Assembly: GCF_009914755.1 (NCBI RefSeq)
Contig: NC_060937.1
Length of the DNA stretch: 64,000 nucleotides
Reading direction: 5' to 3' (one strand)
Origin: the human T2T-CHM13v2.0 reference genome, Homo sapiens
In this document: positions 45,560 through 59,249 of the stretch, piece by piece
Numbering within the stretch: position 1 is the stretch's first letter
Layout of the letters: each line of letters starts with the position of its first letter
Made by a program: the position numbers and the translations under genes
Notes under the pieces: model-generated
What the model was told of the DNA's origin: nothing
Seen by the model: the letters and a program-made list of their open reading frames with translations, nothing else
The model's database searches: none

Positions 45560-45800
45560 TCCTGGCAGCTGAAGGTCTGAGGTCAAGGCGTCCGCAGGGC
45601 TGCTTTCTCCTGAGGCCTCCCTCCTGGGCATGTGACGTGGTCTTTTCCCTGGGTCCTCACATGGTTGTTCATCTGTGTGTGTGTGTGTGCGCGCGCGCGT
45701 GTGTGCACACACTTGTGTGCTAATCACCTGTTCTTTTAGGGACACTAGTCATCAGGGCCCACCCTAATGAGCTCATTTTAATTTATTACCTCTTTAGAGA
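45560..45800. repeat. Ancient interspersed-repeat fragment (family not confidently named) containing a (GT)n(GC)n alternating purine-pyrimidine tract at 45672-45712
   Basis: 'gggtcctcacatggttgttcatctgtgtgtgtgtgtgtgcgcgcgcgcgtgtgtgcacac...gggcccaccctaatgagctcattttaatttattacctctttagagaccccatctccaaac' is a motif block I recognise as a common mammalian repeat. Confidence 0.3.
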
Positions 45801-48048
45801 CCCCATCTCCAAACTGAAGCACACTCTGCATACCAGGGTGGGGGCTTTACTGTAGGAAACTGGAGGGGACCCAGCTCGGCCCCTTGCAGAGTCCTTGTGC
45901 TTGTTTCTGTAGAAATGAAAGCACTGGTCTGCTAAGATGTAAGAACAAGGATGTTTCTACCCACAGCGTTGTTTGTAGAATCAGGAAGAATAACCCTAAA
46001 GCTGAAAACAAGGGGATCCCCAGAGATGCAGTTCCTCCATGAATCAGGAGGGCCAGCTCAGCCATGGAATATGAGACCATGGTGCTAAGGTGGCTGGCGG
46101 GGTTTCCCAAAAGGTGAGGCCATTGAACAGAGAGGGGAAGACCACGGCGTCTGGTCCCCGCAGGCCCCACGAGGCCCAGTGATGGTGATGAAGGCAGGAA
46201 CATGAGCAGTCGCCTGGCAGGGAGACCACGTGCCGGCAGACAGTGGCTGTGGCCTCGGTGGGGACGCCAGTCAAGGGGACCATGCGGGAGGGGAAGGGCA
46301 GAGGGAGGAAAGCCACTGATGGAAGGAAGAGGAAGACCACAGTGGGAGTGACCTGCCCGGAGATGGCCCCCTCATGAGTGTCCGGGCCCTCGGGCTGAGG
46401 CAGCAGGCACCCTCTGACCCAGGCCTGGCGGGGAAGGACAGCCTGGGCCTGGACCTGTGAAGGAGACCGCTGGAGGGCCCCAGCGAAGGGGACCCTTCGG
46501 GGACCTGACTTTGCAGGCAGGGAAGGGCTGGGCACCCAGGAGAGAGGCCTCTGCTCCCTGCTCCTGTCCCTCCATCTATGGCCATGTTGTAAACAAGCAG
46601 AGAGGCACGGTTTGGCTCTCTGGGGACAGCAGAGGCCTTCTTAACACCGGCTCAGCACACAGCTCCTCCTGAGTGTCCCCTATGCTGGCAGCTCTGCAAG
46701 GCTTAGCCATCAGGGTGGTCTCCTCCTCCAGGGCTAGCAGGGTCCCTGCTGGAAGCGCTCTGCCCACTCAAGGAGGCCCACCCAGAATAATCTCCCTTCG
46801 GAGTAACTCGAAGTCAACTGCTCCGTACCCTGTCCCCTCCAGTGGAGAGGGCTGCACAGGGCATGCCAGAGGGGGCCTCAGGGGTCCCCTTAGAATCCTG
46901 GGAGGAGGAGAGGTGAGGGTGAAGGGAAGAGGAAAAGGGACAAGGACGGCCCCAAGGAAGGAAAGGGCATTTAGGCACCGCTCACCCAACCCTCCCCTCA
47001 ATCCTGGAAATGGGTGTCCCAGCTGAGGGGACAGGTGGGTTGCTGGAAGGACACCCCCAACATTCAATGCTGCTCTCGGGATGCCCTCCAGACCCCTGCC
47101 CCTCCCAGGCAGGCCCTGTAGCCCACCTCCCCTCCAAGCCCCTCTCCCAGCAGTGGGGAGCCCGGGCTTTGTCCGCAGATGGGCCGAGAGCCTCTACCCA
47201 GCACGTGACGCCGGAGCCCCAGGTGAGATCCTGCCATGGGCAGGGTCTCTGACCAGCACCTTGTTCACTGCTCTTGTGGTGCCCTGCAGGCTTGGCACCC
47301 CCTGCCCCCACCCGGCCCCTTTTCACAGCTCTATTATCCCGGGAATGTCCACTGTCCATGGAAGTCCTTGCAGCTAGAGGTCATCCAGGCTGTTTGTCCT
47401 CGTCTGTCACATTTGAGTGGCCGGCTCCAATAGCATCTCAATCTGCCCACCACAGCACACATGACATCCTACACCAAAGGTGACATCCTAGGCCTGGGGG
47501 TCCCCGGGCAGTGAGAACTGGATCCGAGCCCGAATCAGCCTCCTCCTGCATGAAAGGAGTGAGGTGAGGGGCGTGTGAAGGAATCCGAAACAGGACAGCT
47601 TCATCTCACGGCTCCGTGGCAGAGGGAAGTGTGGGCGCTCGGAGACGGGCCTCTCGCTTTGTCTGGGTGAGGGGAGGAGGCCTCCTTGTGGTTCTTGGTC
47701 TCCCTTCCTCCCACTGGCAAAGGCTTCCTCCCTGGGTTGGAGGTCAGTGTTCGGGCTGGGCACAGGGTTCATTATAAACCAAATATTTGAGTCCCCCAGA
47801 ATTCCTGTGTTGAAATCTTCACCCCCACGGTAATGGTCTTAGGAGGTGGGGGCTTTGGGAGGTGATGAGGTAATGAGGGGGAAGCTGCAGGAACAAGACT
47901 CGTGCCCTTGTGAAGGGGCCTAGTGAGACACTTGCTGCTCCCCACGTGAGGACACAGTGAGGAGACGCCATGGAGAAGCCAGGAGGCGACTCTCCCAGAC
48001 ACCAGATGCGCCATGCCACTATCTTGGGCTTGCAGCCTCCAGGTCTGT

Positions 48049-48214
48049 GAGGAATAAATGTCTGTCGCTCACAACCCCCGAGTGTGTGACACGCAGTTAC
48101 AGTGAGGAATAAATATCTGTCGCTCACAACCCCTGAGTGTGTAACACGCAGTTACAGCGAGGAATAAATGTCTGTCGCTCACAACCCCCGAGTGTGTGAC
48201 ACACAGTCACAGCA
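48049..48214. repeat. Three tandem copies of a ~55-bp unit
   Basis: 'gaggaataaatgtctgtcgctcacaacccccgagtgtgtgacacgcagttacagt' appears 3 times with a few substitutions. Confidence 0.9.
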
Positions 48215-49299
48215 GCCTGGAGGGGCTAAAAGAGGGCTCATAGCAAGGGCTCGAGCTCTCGGCCCTGGAGGCACATGCTGTGTGACCTTGGGCAGGTACG
48301 TGACCTCTCTGTTCCCTGGTTTTCTCAGGTGTAAAGTGGTGGTGGGAATCACTACCTAATAGGGTTGTTGTGAAGACAGGTGTGGGAGGCCTGTGGCGCC
48401 TGCGCAGGGGAAAGGCTGTGGGTGTCCGTCCAAGCAACAGTCAGGGCTGTGTGGTCATACCTGGCTGCGGGATCCACAGGGCTGGAAGTCTGCCTCTGGT
48501 GACTATGTGACCCTGGGCAGGTCTTCCTGGCCCTGGCTGCAAGAGGGCCCCAGAGTAGCCCTCCACGGTTTCCTGGTAAGGGCACAGAAAGGGGCTTCCC
48601 AGCCGTGGATGACGTCAGAAGAGGCTGTGGGAGCAGCAGGGGCAGAGAGGATGCCAAGAGCATTCCCCACCCTCCATGGGGCCTTCCCCAGGCCTCCCCC
48701 ACCTGGGGATCGGGGATACGCCCTCTCCACCCAGCTATCTCCCACCCACCTCTCCTGGGATCTGGGAATAGGAAAGCTGTTTGCTCAAACACGCCTGGGC
48801 CCCCAGGCACAGAACACAGTCAGTGTTCCTGGGGGCAGCGCCAAGGGTGGCTGGGGGCGAGCTGAGGCCCAGCGTTCCTCCCTGATGTCAGGCGTGTCTG
48901 GAAGCCATTCAGCATTCATCAGCCCTTTGACTTCTCCCTCAGTGGCTCTGCAGGTAACTATCTCTATGTTGATTTGTGTTCTCTGCCCCTTCAGGGAGCC
49001 TGGGGTCTGAAGCAACTCTCAGACTGTCAGGCAAATGACGCTGTCAGAGATGTCAACCCCTCTCCCAGTGATAAGAGTCGCACACCTGGTCAGTGGCCAC
49101 CCTGGAGTTGGGTCCAACCCTGCCTTTTCTGCAAAGTGTGGACAAAACCTCAGAAAGCCTGGAGAGAGAGGGAGCTAGGGACAGAGGAGGGGAGGAGAGA
49201 GGAACTGGGGTTGGTGGATCTGGAGGAGAACAGGGCTCCTGGCTCTGTGGCTTCCCGCTAGCTCAAGATGGTCCCCTTGGTCCCACATCAAGTCTCACA

Positions 49300-49470
49300 A
49301 AACTCCTAGGAGCATCAGCATCAAAAAGACAAACAACCCAACCAGGAACTGGGCACAGGAGTTTAAAAGACATTTCTCCAAAGAAGACCTGCAAATGGCC
49401 AGCAAGCACATGAAAAGACTCAACGCCATTAGTCATTAGAGAATCCACCAAAACCACAGCGAGATGCCAC
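49300..49470 (+). mobile_element. L1 ORF2 3'-region fragment
   Basis: 'ggagtttaaaagacatttctccaaagaagacctgcaaatggccagcaagcacatgaaaagactcaacgccattagtcattagagaa' matches the L1 'fskEDIqmankhMKkCSTSLiIREMQ' region. Confidence 0.45.
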
Positions 49471-49488
49471 TTCTCACTCCTCAGGATG

Positions 49489-49800
49489 GTGAGGAGGAGT
49501 AGAAGGGGAAGGAGGGGAAGGAGGGAATGAAGGAGAGAGGGAGGGAGAGAAGAAAGGAAAGAAAGAGGGAAGGAAGAAGGGAAGGAAGGAGGGAGGGAGG
49601 TTAGGAAGGAAAGAAGGAGGGAAGGAAGGAGGGTGGGAAGGGAAGGAGAGCAGGACAGAGAAGGAAGAAGGGAGAGAGGAAGGGAGGGAGGGTGGGAAGG
49701 AAGGAGGGAGGAAGGAAGAGAAGGAAGGTAGGAGGGAAGGAAGGAGGGTTAAAAGGAGGGAGGGAGGAAAGGAAGGGTCACAGGAGGGACTCCAAGGCCC
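49489..49800. repeat. ~310-bp polypurine (GGAA/GGGA)n low-complexity tract
   Basis: 'ggaggagtagaaggggaaggaggggaaggagggaatgaaggagagagggagggagagaagaaaggaaag...', almost purely A and G on the plus strand. It explains the 217-aa minus-strand ORF at 49474-50127. Confidence 0.9.
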
Positions 49801-52800
49801 TGGGCTCCCATTAGGGGCTGCTGGGCAGGCAGGTTGTGCTGGAAATGCAGGTGGAAACAGGCATGGGGACCCTGGAGGCAGGAGATGGTCACAGCCCCAG
49901 CTGCTCTCTGTAGAAAATAGCGAGTGTTGGTGAGGACATGGAGGAATTGGAGCCTTGCCTGCCGCTGGTGGGAATATAGAACAATGCAGCCACTGGGTGG
50001 AACCCAGCAGGAACCTGGGAGGCCTTCGATGTGATTTGGCAACCAGCGGAGTGAGGCACCAACCACATGCTAACAGGGGCTGAGCACACCATGCTGGGCG
50101 AGGCAGCCAGTCACAAAGAGGCCACACAGCAAATGGCCCCTTCTATACGAAGTGCTTAGAACAGGCAAAGCTGTTAAAGACAGAAAGTAGCTTTGTGGTT
50201 GCCAGGGGCTGGGGTTGGGGCAGATGGGAAGTGGCCACGATGGATATGGAGGTTTCTTTTGGGGGTGGTGGAAAGGTTCTAACATCAGATGATGGTAATG
50301 GTTTGATTGTGCAGCTTTGTAGATATACTAAAAACCACTGAATTCTGCACGGGCAAAAAGTCTGGGAGGTATGAGGCAGAATCAACATCTTACAGAAGAG
50401 GAAACTGAGGCTCGGGCATTTTAAATAAAAGTTGTCTTACTGCTGTGCCCGATGCCTTGAAAAGCCGGCTAAGACTTCTCATGGGAACTGTCTCCTCAAT
50501 AGGCCCCGGCTGGCCCCTCTCCAGCCCTTCCCCAGGGAACCTTCCCTGCCAGAGCCTGCCCTGACCCCCTGTTCACACGCAGCACCTCACCAGGAGCAGG
50601 TCTGGGGACAGTAGTGGGTGGCTGCATATCCAGCTGCCATGGCTCCTTCAGCTTTCTCCTGAGAAGGGAAGGGAGGTGGTGCTGCAGGGGAGAGGAGGGT
50701 GCAGAGGAGATGCCACTGGCAGCAGGAGGTAGACGCAGCCCAGCTGCTCTCTCAGGAGTGCAGAGGGGCTGAGTCCCCACACCAACGGCCCTGCATGCCT
50801 GGCCCAGAAGCACGGGGTCTCACTAGCATAGCACTGGTGTCACACGGGAGAGACTCCGAGGCCCTGGGCTCCCGTCAGGGGCTCCTGGGCAGGCAGGTTG
50901 TGCTGGAAGATGCAGGTAAGGACAGACATGGGGACCCTGGAACAAGGCAGGTCCTGCCTGTCTGCATGAACCCCAGGACAGCCATGGCCCCTGCCTATGA
51001 ACCTCTTGGTTAAAAAGCCCCATGTCATGGAGGCAGCATTGGGCCCCTCCAGATAGAAAGAAACCCCTATGGCATGGAGCCAGAATCACCCCAGACATCC
51101 TCTTTCAGATTTTTCAATTTTATGTTCACTTACTTTTAGGCAAATGGGAAAAGGTTGGAGGTACCCAGCCTGCCCAGCCTGCGTGGTTTTGTGGTGGTCC
51201 CACACTGAATCATCTGTCAGAGGGCTGTCTGTGGTCCCTCGGGGCTGGGGTCTACACCCCCTTGTCAGGACTGCAGGCCTGGCACTGCTGCGTGGCTCAG
51301 GGCTGCCACCTTCCCGCACTGATGAAGGGCTGACCGCGCCTGACGCCATTAATTGAGCTTCCTCCGAGTGGGACAAGCGAGCGTTCTCGTTTCTAGGATG
51401 ATCAAGTTTTGCCAGAGCTTGAGCAAAGCTACTCAGTCATGAGATTGGAAGGTGGGAGCCCCACGTGGCTGGAACTTCATTCCTGCAGAGAAGATCCCTC
51501 CAGAGAGGCCCCAGGCCCAGCTACGGAAATAAATGCAGCCACACCCCATTCCCCTTCAGATGACACGGACTCCCCAGATTCCCCACTGTCAGCCCAGCGC
51601 TCAGCTTCACGGTTGTCTCTACCCCGGCTCACCCGGTGAGCCTCTGCCCTGGAGCTGACAGGGCCACAGCCAAGGCCCCATCCCTTCATCTTGGCTGGGG
51701 CGGAACCTCTCTGCCGCCATGGGCAGCACTTCTCAGAGGGCCAGGGGCTGCTGTGTGGACTACCGTCCTCGCACAAGGCAGCAAGTGCTCCATGTCCGTG
51801 GCGCTGGGGGAGGGAGGGGGTCGCCAAGGACCTGCCTGCCTGCCTGCCTTGGGATGCTCTGGGTTCTCAACTAGATGCTGCCTGGACCTGTGGAGTGGCC
51901 CCAGGACCCCATCCACGCTGCCTGGGCCCTGCCAGCTGGGGCCTCCAGTCTGCCGGTGCGACCTCACTGGCCCCTGGGTCTGGGGTCCCCTGGGTCTGCT
52001 ATGGGAGGCAAGGGGGCACTGTGAGATGCCACTTCTCACTTCTCAGGATGGCAGAAACTCAGCCCTGAGAGAGACTATGTCCAGACACCACATTTAGGGC
52101 TCTGGCGTGTGACAGGTGTGGCAGTGGGTGGGGTGCGCTCAGTGACCTGGACCGAGAGCAGGCCCGAGGCCCAGCAGGGACTCAGAGAAACATGGAGTGC
52201 CAGGCAGGAGGCCCAGGGGCCAGGAGGGGCCACGGTGCTCCCAGGCCTCGCATCTACCCATTTCAGCCTTCTAAGATCTGCAGCCAGAGGTCCAAGAACA
52301 GGCAGAGGAGGCCCGTATGGGGGTGCTGCAGCAGAGGGAGTGGGGTTACCAGCCAGCGGCCAAGGCTCACAGGAGCAGGACCTCCCAGGCCACGCAAGGG
52401 AGAGGACATTTCCAGTAACGGCGTTTCAGAATTCCTCCTCCCTCGGGGTCCAGGGCCTTCCTCTGCTCCGAGGAATTCTCAGGCCAGTCCCTGAGACAAG
52501 ACAGGCTGGAGGGAGGCATGCTGAGCAGGCAGGGCCCGGTGTGGGACCCTCCGCGGGAATCGTCCGAGCAGCATCTGGAGAAGGCGGAGGGTGGGAAGCT
52601 CGGTGGAGTGTACCCTCTAGTCCGCCTCTCTTGCTCCCCTCCTGCCTCCCGAGGCTCCCTGCAGGACTCCCCGACCTGCCTGCCTCTCACCCATAAGGTA
52701 GGTCTACAGCAGGTCAGTCTGCTGGGGGCCCAGGTGTGGGACTTGAGTTCTCCTGGGGCCACAAATGGCTTGAAGGGTGGCCTCAGGCAGGGCAGGTGAC

Positions 52801-55239
52801 CCCTCCCTAGTCTGAGGTTTTTGCTTCTAGGAGACTAGAAGTCCCTGGAGTCCCCCAGGTGTTAAAGTCTGGGAGGAGAGACTCTGCCTAGCGCCTCGTG
52901 TGGGATGTCCTGAAGTCCAGGCCAGCCCAGGAGCCTTCCTGGGGGTTTGGAATCACTGCTGTAGGGTACTCACCCCTGCAGGGAGCTGTCCAATGGAGCT
53001 GGGGCCTCTCTGAGGCAGTGGCCTGACAGGCTGGGCCACCCAGAGCCGCCACCCGGGAGCCCCAGGACCTTAGGCATGTCCAGCTCACCTTGCGGAAACA
53101 TCTCTTGACTGCCGCGGTGGGTCTGGCTGCAGAATTCCCATCCGTCTCCACGCTCCTTTGAGAGCGCACAGCAGAACTGCTGCCCGCGCAGCCTCGTGGG
53201 TCCCTCCTGACCCTAGATGAGGCGGGCTCCTCCTCCCTGGGCACCAGGTGCTCCTGGGAACCAGGTTTAGCACGCTTCTGCATGAGACGGGTTTCACGAT
53301 CACTCCGTGCCGTAATTAGATATTAAAAATCTCTGTGTCTTCATAAAATTACATGGAATGAATAATAGAGTATCACAGTTAGAAAGTCATCAAAATGTAA
53401 TAAAATGGTGTTATTACGAAGGCTTAAATTTTAATGATGTTTTTTAGTATGTCACTTATTGTGTAATTACAAAATAAGATAGAGTAATTAAACGGAGACT
53501 TGGGGCTTTGCAGGGGGCTGGGGCTGGGAGGCTCCTGATTCTATCCAGAGTGGGCACTGGAGAGGGAGCAGCCAGCCTCCTGGCGGCAGGGCCTGGGTTG
53601 GGGGTGTGGCCCGGCATGGGCTGACCTTCTGCCGTCCTGGAGGTGAGGGGCTCGGGAGGACAAGGCCTTGGGACTTGTAGAGCCCCCCCTGTATCTCAGC
53701 ACACAGGGCCGACCTCAGGCTGCCAACGCCCACAGCTCTTTGCCAAATGCCCTGGGACCTCCTGCTGTCTCTGTCACAGGGCAGAAGTGCCATGAAGTTA
53801 GCCTCCTCGGGAGCTGGCCTGGAACAGAGAGCCTGGGATGCGTGGCTGGATGTCCCGGCTCATGGGCTCTTGGGCGGATCATGCTGCTGCTCCCCCTCCT
53901 GCAGGGAGCCCTTCGTGGATGCCCTTCCTCCTTGTCTCCTCTGGTTGCCATAAAACTCTTTTGCACAGGAGGCTTATGCCTACTCCTGTGTCACCTTTGG
54001 GATCTGCCTCCAGGCCTGCCCAGTGCTGTAACTCTGCTCAGGACAGCAAGATGATTTCAGAAGAAGAGATCGGGCACTCTCAGCCTCCCTGAGGCTAGTC
54101 AGAGCAGCCCTGGCTCATGCAGCTGCTGCCATGGACTGGGATCCCAGGCTGCTCTCCACCTTTTTCCTTCCTGGGAAGCACTGCCAGTCCTTATTCCTCC
54201 AAATGACCAGGACAGGAGCTCAGAGGGGAGGTTATCCCCACAGATGGGCTCCTAGGACAGCACCTGCAAAGGTGCCCTCTGTGGTCCCGAGAGCCAGTGC
54301 CTGGCATGGCCGCCCGCTTTAAGCTGTGGCTGTGGGCAAGTGTGTGCTCTCCAGGAAGAAGGGGCCTGTTGCCTCACTGTAGATCATCCTTAAAAAAGAA
54401 ACTAGAGACACCCCGAGTGCCTCTCTGCAGCCCCACAAATCTGGAGAGGAGGGAGCTGAACAGAGAGAGCTTAGGCTTTTAAATTTTAAATGGCCAATTT
54501 GGTCAATGAATCAGTTTCACTGGGCTGAGGCTGCATGGAGACGAAAGTGGTTTTAAGACCTATTGAAGGCAGTGAGAGCCTCTTTGTCCACACTTTTCTC
54601 AGACTGCCACCCTCTAATATTTCATCTATGTTCGTATTTATGGCTTTCTAAATTATAGATATCAGCTAAAAAACTGAAAAACAGAGAGGGTGAGGAGGGG
54701 AGGGGGAAATTCACTACTGTTGAAAAGAAAGGTAAAGTTATGCCTCCGAAAGCCAGTGTGCTGGATCATGACCTGGAACTCACAGCCGGTCCTTCCATAT
54801 CTGGGCTTATTCCTCATCTGGTCCATGACCCAAGCTGGGCCTTTGCTGCCCATGGGACAAAGAGTGAGGCAGACAGATGTTCCTCTAGTGAGGAGCTCAT
54901 GTTCTAGTGGGAGAAGGAGAGAGACCTCCTAAAAGTGAGCAAGACAAAGACCCTGGTACTTGGGACAACACAGAGTGGGTGAGGCAGGGCCGTGGAGGAA
55001 GGAGATGAGAGCAGGGTAGGAGTGACCTGCCCTTGTGCAAGCATTTTCTTTCCAACTTCCACCATGCTCAGACTGTAACTTGAAGTTATGATGCCCATTC
55101 CTGGGAATTCATGTTCTACAGATTTGGAATAATTCTGATCTAATTGGCTAAAAATTAATGTGTACTTTATCTTTGATAAAGGGCTTGTTCTACAATTTGT
55201 AGTATAAAGGAATCATAACATAAACACTTTAAACCAGGG

Positions 55240-55357
55240 GTCAGCAAACTGTTTCTGCAATAGGCCAGCTAGTAAATAGTTTAGCCTTGGTGCATCAGGC
55301 AATCTGTTGCAACTACTAAACTCTGATTTTGTTGCATGAAAGCAGTCATAGACAGTG
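55240..55357. mobile_element. Fragment resembling a non-autonomous hAT-type DNA-transposon (MITE-like) family; name uncertain
   Basis: 'ggtcagcaaactgtttctgcaataggccagctagtaaatagtttagccttggtgcatcaggcaatctgttgcaactactaaactctg...gcatgaaagcagtcatagacag' is a motif set I recognise from a common human DNA-transposon relic. Confidence 0.3.
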
Positions 55358-55570
55358 ATATGGTTTGACTGTGTCCCCACCCAAATCTCAAATTATAGCT
55401 CCCATAATTCCCACATGTTGTGGGAGGGAACTGGTGGGAGGTCATTGAATCATGAGGGCAGGTCTATCCCGTGCCGGTCTCATGATAGTGAATAAGTCTC
55501 ACAAGATCTGATGGTTTTACAAAGGGGAGTTCCCCTGCACATGCTCTCTCTCTCTTGTCTGCTGCCATGC
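55356..55570 (+). mobile_element. THE1/MST-family (MaLR) LTR, 5' portion
   Basis: 'tgatatggtttgactgtgtccccacccaaatctcaaattatagctcccataattcccacatgttgtgggagggaactggtgggaggtcattgaatcatgagggcaggtctatcccgtgc...gataagtctcacaagatctgatggttttacaaaggggagttcccctgcacatgctctc' matches the THE1 consensus start. Confidence 0.65.
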
Positions 55571-57242
55571 TGGGGAGCTGGCCACACCGAGAGCTGCCTT
55601 CTACTACTATTTCTGGGCCACGTCCTCCACCCTCAAAACAGCAAACCCATCTCCAATGCCAGACTTGGGGCTGCACATGGCCAGGGCAGAAGTAACTGTG
55701 AACTCACAGAGGACAAAAAGAAGAAAGAGAAAGGGAACCCCTTCAGTGCTGTGGCTGAACTATGTTTGCTGTAATTTCTCAATTTCTTTGTGAAAATGTA
55801 ATCGTGGTCCCAGAGCATGTGGGGCCCTCTGCACACTGACAGCAGGAAGGAGACTCACTGCAGGGACCACAGAGAGCCACCACCTGGGCCCTTGCCCTCA
55901 TGGGCTGGGAGGCTGGGGGGCTGGGGAGGGTCTGTGGGTGTGGATAGCAGAGAGTCTCTGGGGCTGGGGCCCCTCCTCCTCCCTGTCTCTCAGACAAGGC
56001 ATCAGGGCCCCACCTGGGACCACACTGGCCTATCACAGGCAAGGTGACCTTGGCCAGCTGGCTCCTGAGTGAGGCTGGGGAAGGAGACAGGAGGCAATGG
56101 GCCTGGATTTGGGATGGCTGCCCCGCTGGGAGCTCCTAGGAAAAGGTGTCACCCTAAGAGGCCAAGAGGGAGGTGAGCCTCAGGGCTGATGTCCACCCTG
56201 CAGCCTTCGCCTGACCTTCAGTTCTGGGGGGCAGCTTGGGGACCCCCACCTGCCACCGTCAGCCTTTCCACCTGCAGGATCAGGATCCTCCTCACAGGCA
56301 ACTTAAAACCTGAGGACATCACAAAGCAGGAAATTAGTTCCTAAGCAGAAACCCCCCTCCCACCCCCGCTCCAACCCCTCTCCTCCTCTCCAGCCTCCCT
56401 GACCCTCCTAGCATGCTGGCTCCCCCAGCAACACTGCCCTCCTCTCAGACACACGCTCCCTACCTGCCTGCACCCTTACCCCACCCAGCCTCCTCTGGCC
56501 ATCCTGGTCCCTAGGTTCAGCCTCCTCATTCCCTGTCCCTGCTCTGTCCCACCCAAGAAGCAGTGCACAGCCCCTCCCCTTCTGCGCACCTCCCTGGAGA
56601 CCTCGCCCAGCATCTTGGCGCTAGGCACCTCGGACAGTCTCCCCACTTGTCTGCCATTAAGGTGACCACTTATGCTAGAAGCTTCCAGCAGGGCAACCAC
56701 CCCATTGCAGACCCCCTTCCTCCTGCCCCCTGCCCCAGGCCCAGGCTCAGGCTGGGAGCAACTGCCCAACACAGGGCAGCCACCATGGGGGGTCAGCTGG
56801 CCGGGGACACCTTCTCAGTGTTTGGCCATTTCCTCACTGGCACCCTACTCAATGAACACTGTAAGAGATAGTTATTAGAAAAAGTATTTCTCTATGAAAT
56901 CTCCCTAACATTGGAAGAAGCGACTGTTACCCCATATATGCAAAAATCAATTTAGGACCACAAGAAAAAAGGAAATATTACACCTCCAAAGAAACACAAT
57001 AATTCCCCATTAACAGACTCTAAATTGTAAGAGTATATCAAATGGCTAAGAAGAAATTCAAAATAATGATCTTAAGGAAACTCTATGAGATACGAGAGAA
57101 TACAGATAGACAAATCAATGAAATTAGAAAAACAATTTATGATCTTATGGGAAATTCAACAGGATATATATGTCATTAAAAACCAGACAGACATCTTGGA
57201 GCTGAAGAATTTAAGGAATAAAATAAAAAACACAATGAAGAG

Positions 57243-57595
<353 letters not shown>

Positions 57596-57693
57596 CTAGG
57601 AAGCTCAAAGGTTCTCAAATAGATTCAACCCAAAAAGGTCTTCTCTGAGGTGCATGATAGTCAAACTGTCAAAAGTCAAAAAGAGGGATTATT

Positions 57694-57990
<297 letters not shown>

Positions 57991-59249
57991 GAAATATTAA
58001 AAACAGCAAGAAAAAAGCATCAAGTCACATATAAGGGAAACTCCATTTGATTAACGGTGGATTTCCCAGTGGAAACTTTACAGGTCAGTAGACAATGAGA
58101 TGGGATGATATATTCAAAGTACTGAAAGGAAAAAAAAAAAAACTGTCAACCAAGAATACTATACCCAGCAGAGCTATCCCTAGAAATGAGGGAGAAATAA
58201 CGTATTTCCCAGACAAGCAAAAACTGAAGGAATTCATTACCACTAGACTGGCCTTACAAGGACTGCTTAAGGTGGTTCTACTTCTGGAAGCAAGAGGATG
58301 ATTACTATTGTGAAAACATACAAAAGTATAAAACTCACTGCTAGCGCAGATATACACATGAGAAAGAGAAAGGAATCAAACTTTATCACTACAGAAAATG
58401 ACCAAACCACAAAGATTAAAAAAAAATAGAAGAAGAAAAGAACAAAGGATATATAAAACAACCAGAAAAAAAATGAACAAAATGACAGGATAAAGCCTCA
58501 TCTATTAATAGTAACCTTGAATGTAATGTAAACAGATCAAATTCCCAATTAAAAGATATAGAGTTGGCTGCCAAGATTAAAAAAAAAAAAAAGTCCCACT
58601 GTATACTGCCTACAAGAAACTCACTTCAACTGTAAAGGTTCATACAGACTGAAAGTGAAGGGATAGAAGAAAATATTCCTGGCAAACAGAAATCAAAAGA
58701 GAACAGAGGTAGCCATACTTACATCAGATAAAACAGACTTTAAGTCAAACTGTATGAAGAGACAAAGAAGGTCATTTTGTAATGATAGAGGGATCAACTT
58801 AGCAATAAGATATAATAATTGTAAATATATATGTACCTAACACTAGAGCACTCAGATAAACAAAGCAAATATTATTAGGTCTAAAGGGAAAGATAGACTC
58901 CAATGCAGCAACAGTTGGGGCCTTTAACACCCCACTCTTACCACTGGACAGATCATCTAGACAGAAAATCAACAAAGAAATATCAGAGTTAAGCTTACTG
59001 ATAGGAATAAGTTCTGGTGTTCTATAGTGCTGTAGGGTGACTACAGTTAACAATAATTTATTGTATATTTTTACATAGAGAGGATGTTGAGTGTTCCCAA
59101 CACAAAGAATGATAAATATTTGAGGTGACAGATATGCTGACTATCCTGATTTGATCATTACACATTGTATGCAAGTATTGAGATATCCCTGTGTACCTCA
59201 TAAATATGAACAAGTATTATGTGTCAGTTAAAAATATTTTTAAAGAATG

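Noticed and set aside
49474-50127. 217-aa minus-strand ORF rich in S/P/F/L (PSLLPSFSSFLPPSFPPSLPSS...)
   Set aside because: It is the reverse-strand translation of the 310-bp polypurine (GGAA/GGGA)n tract. Low-complexity artefact.
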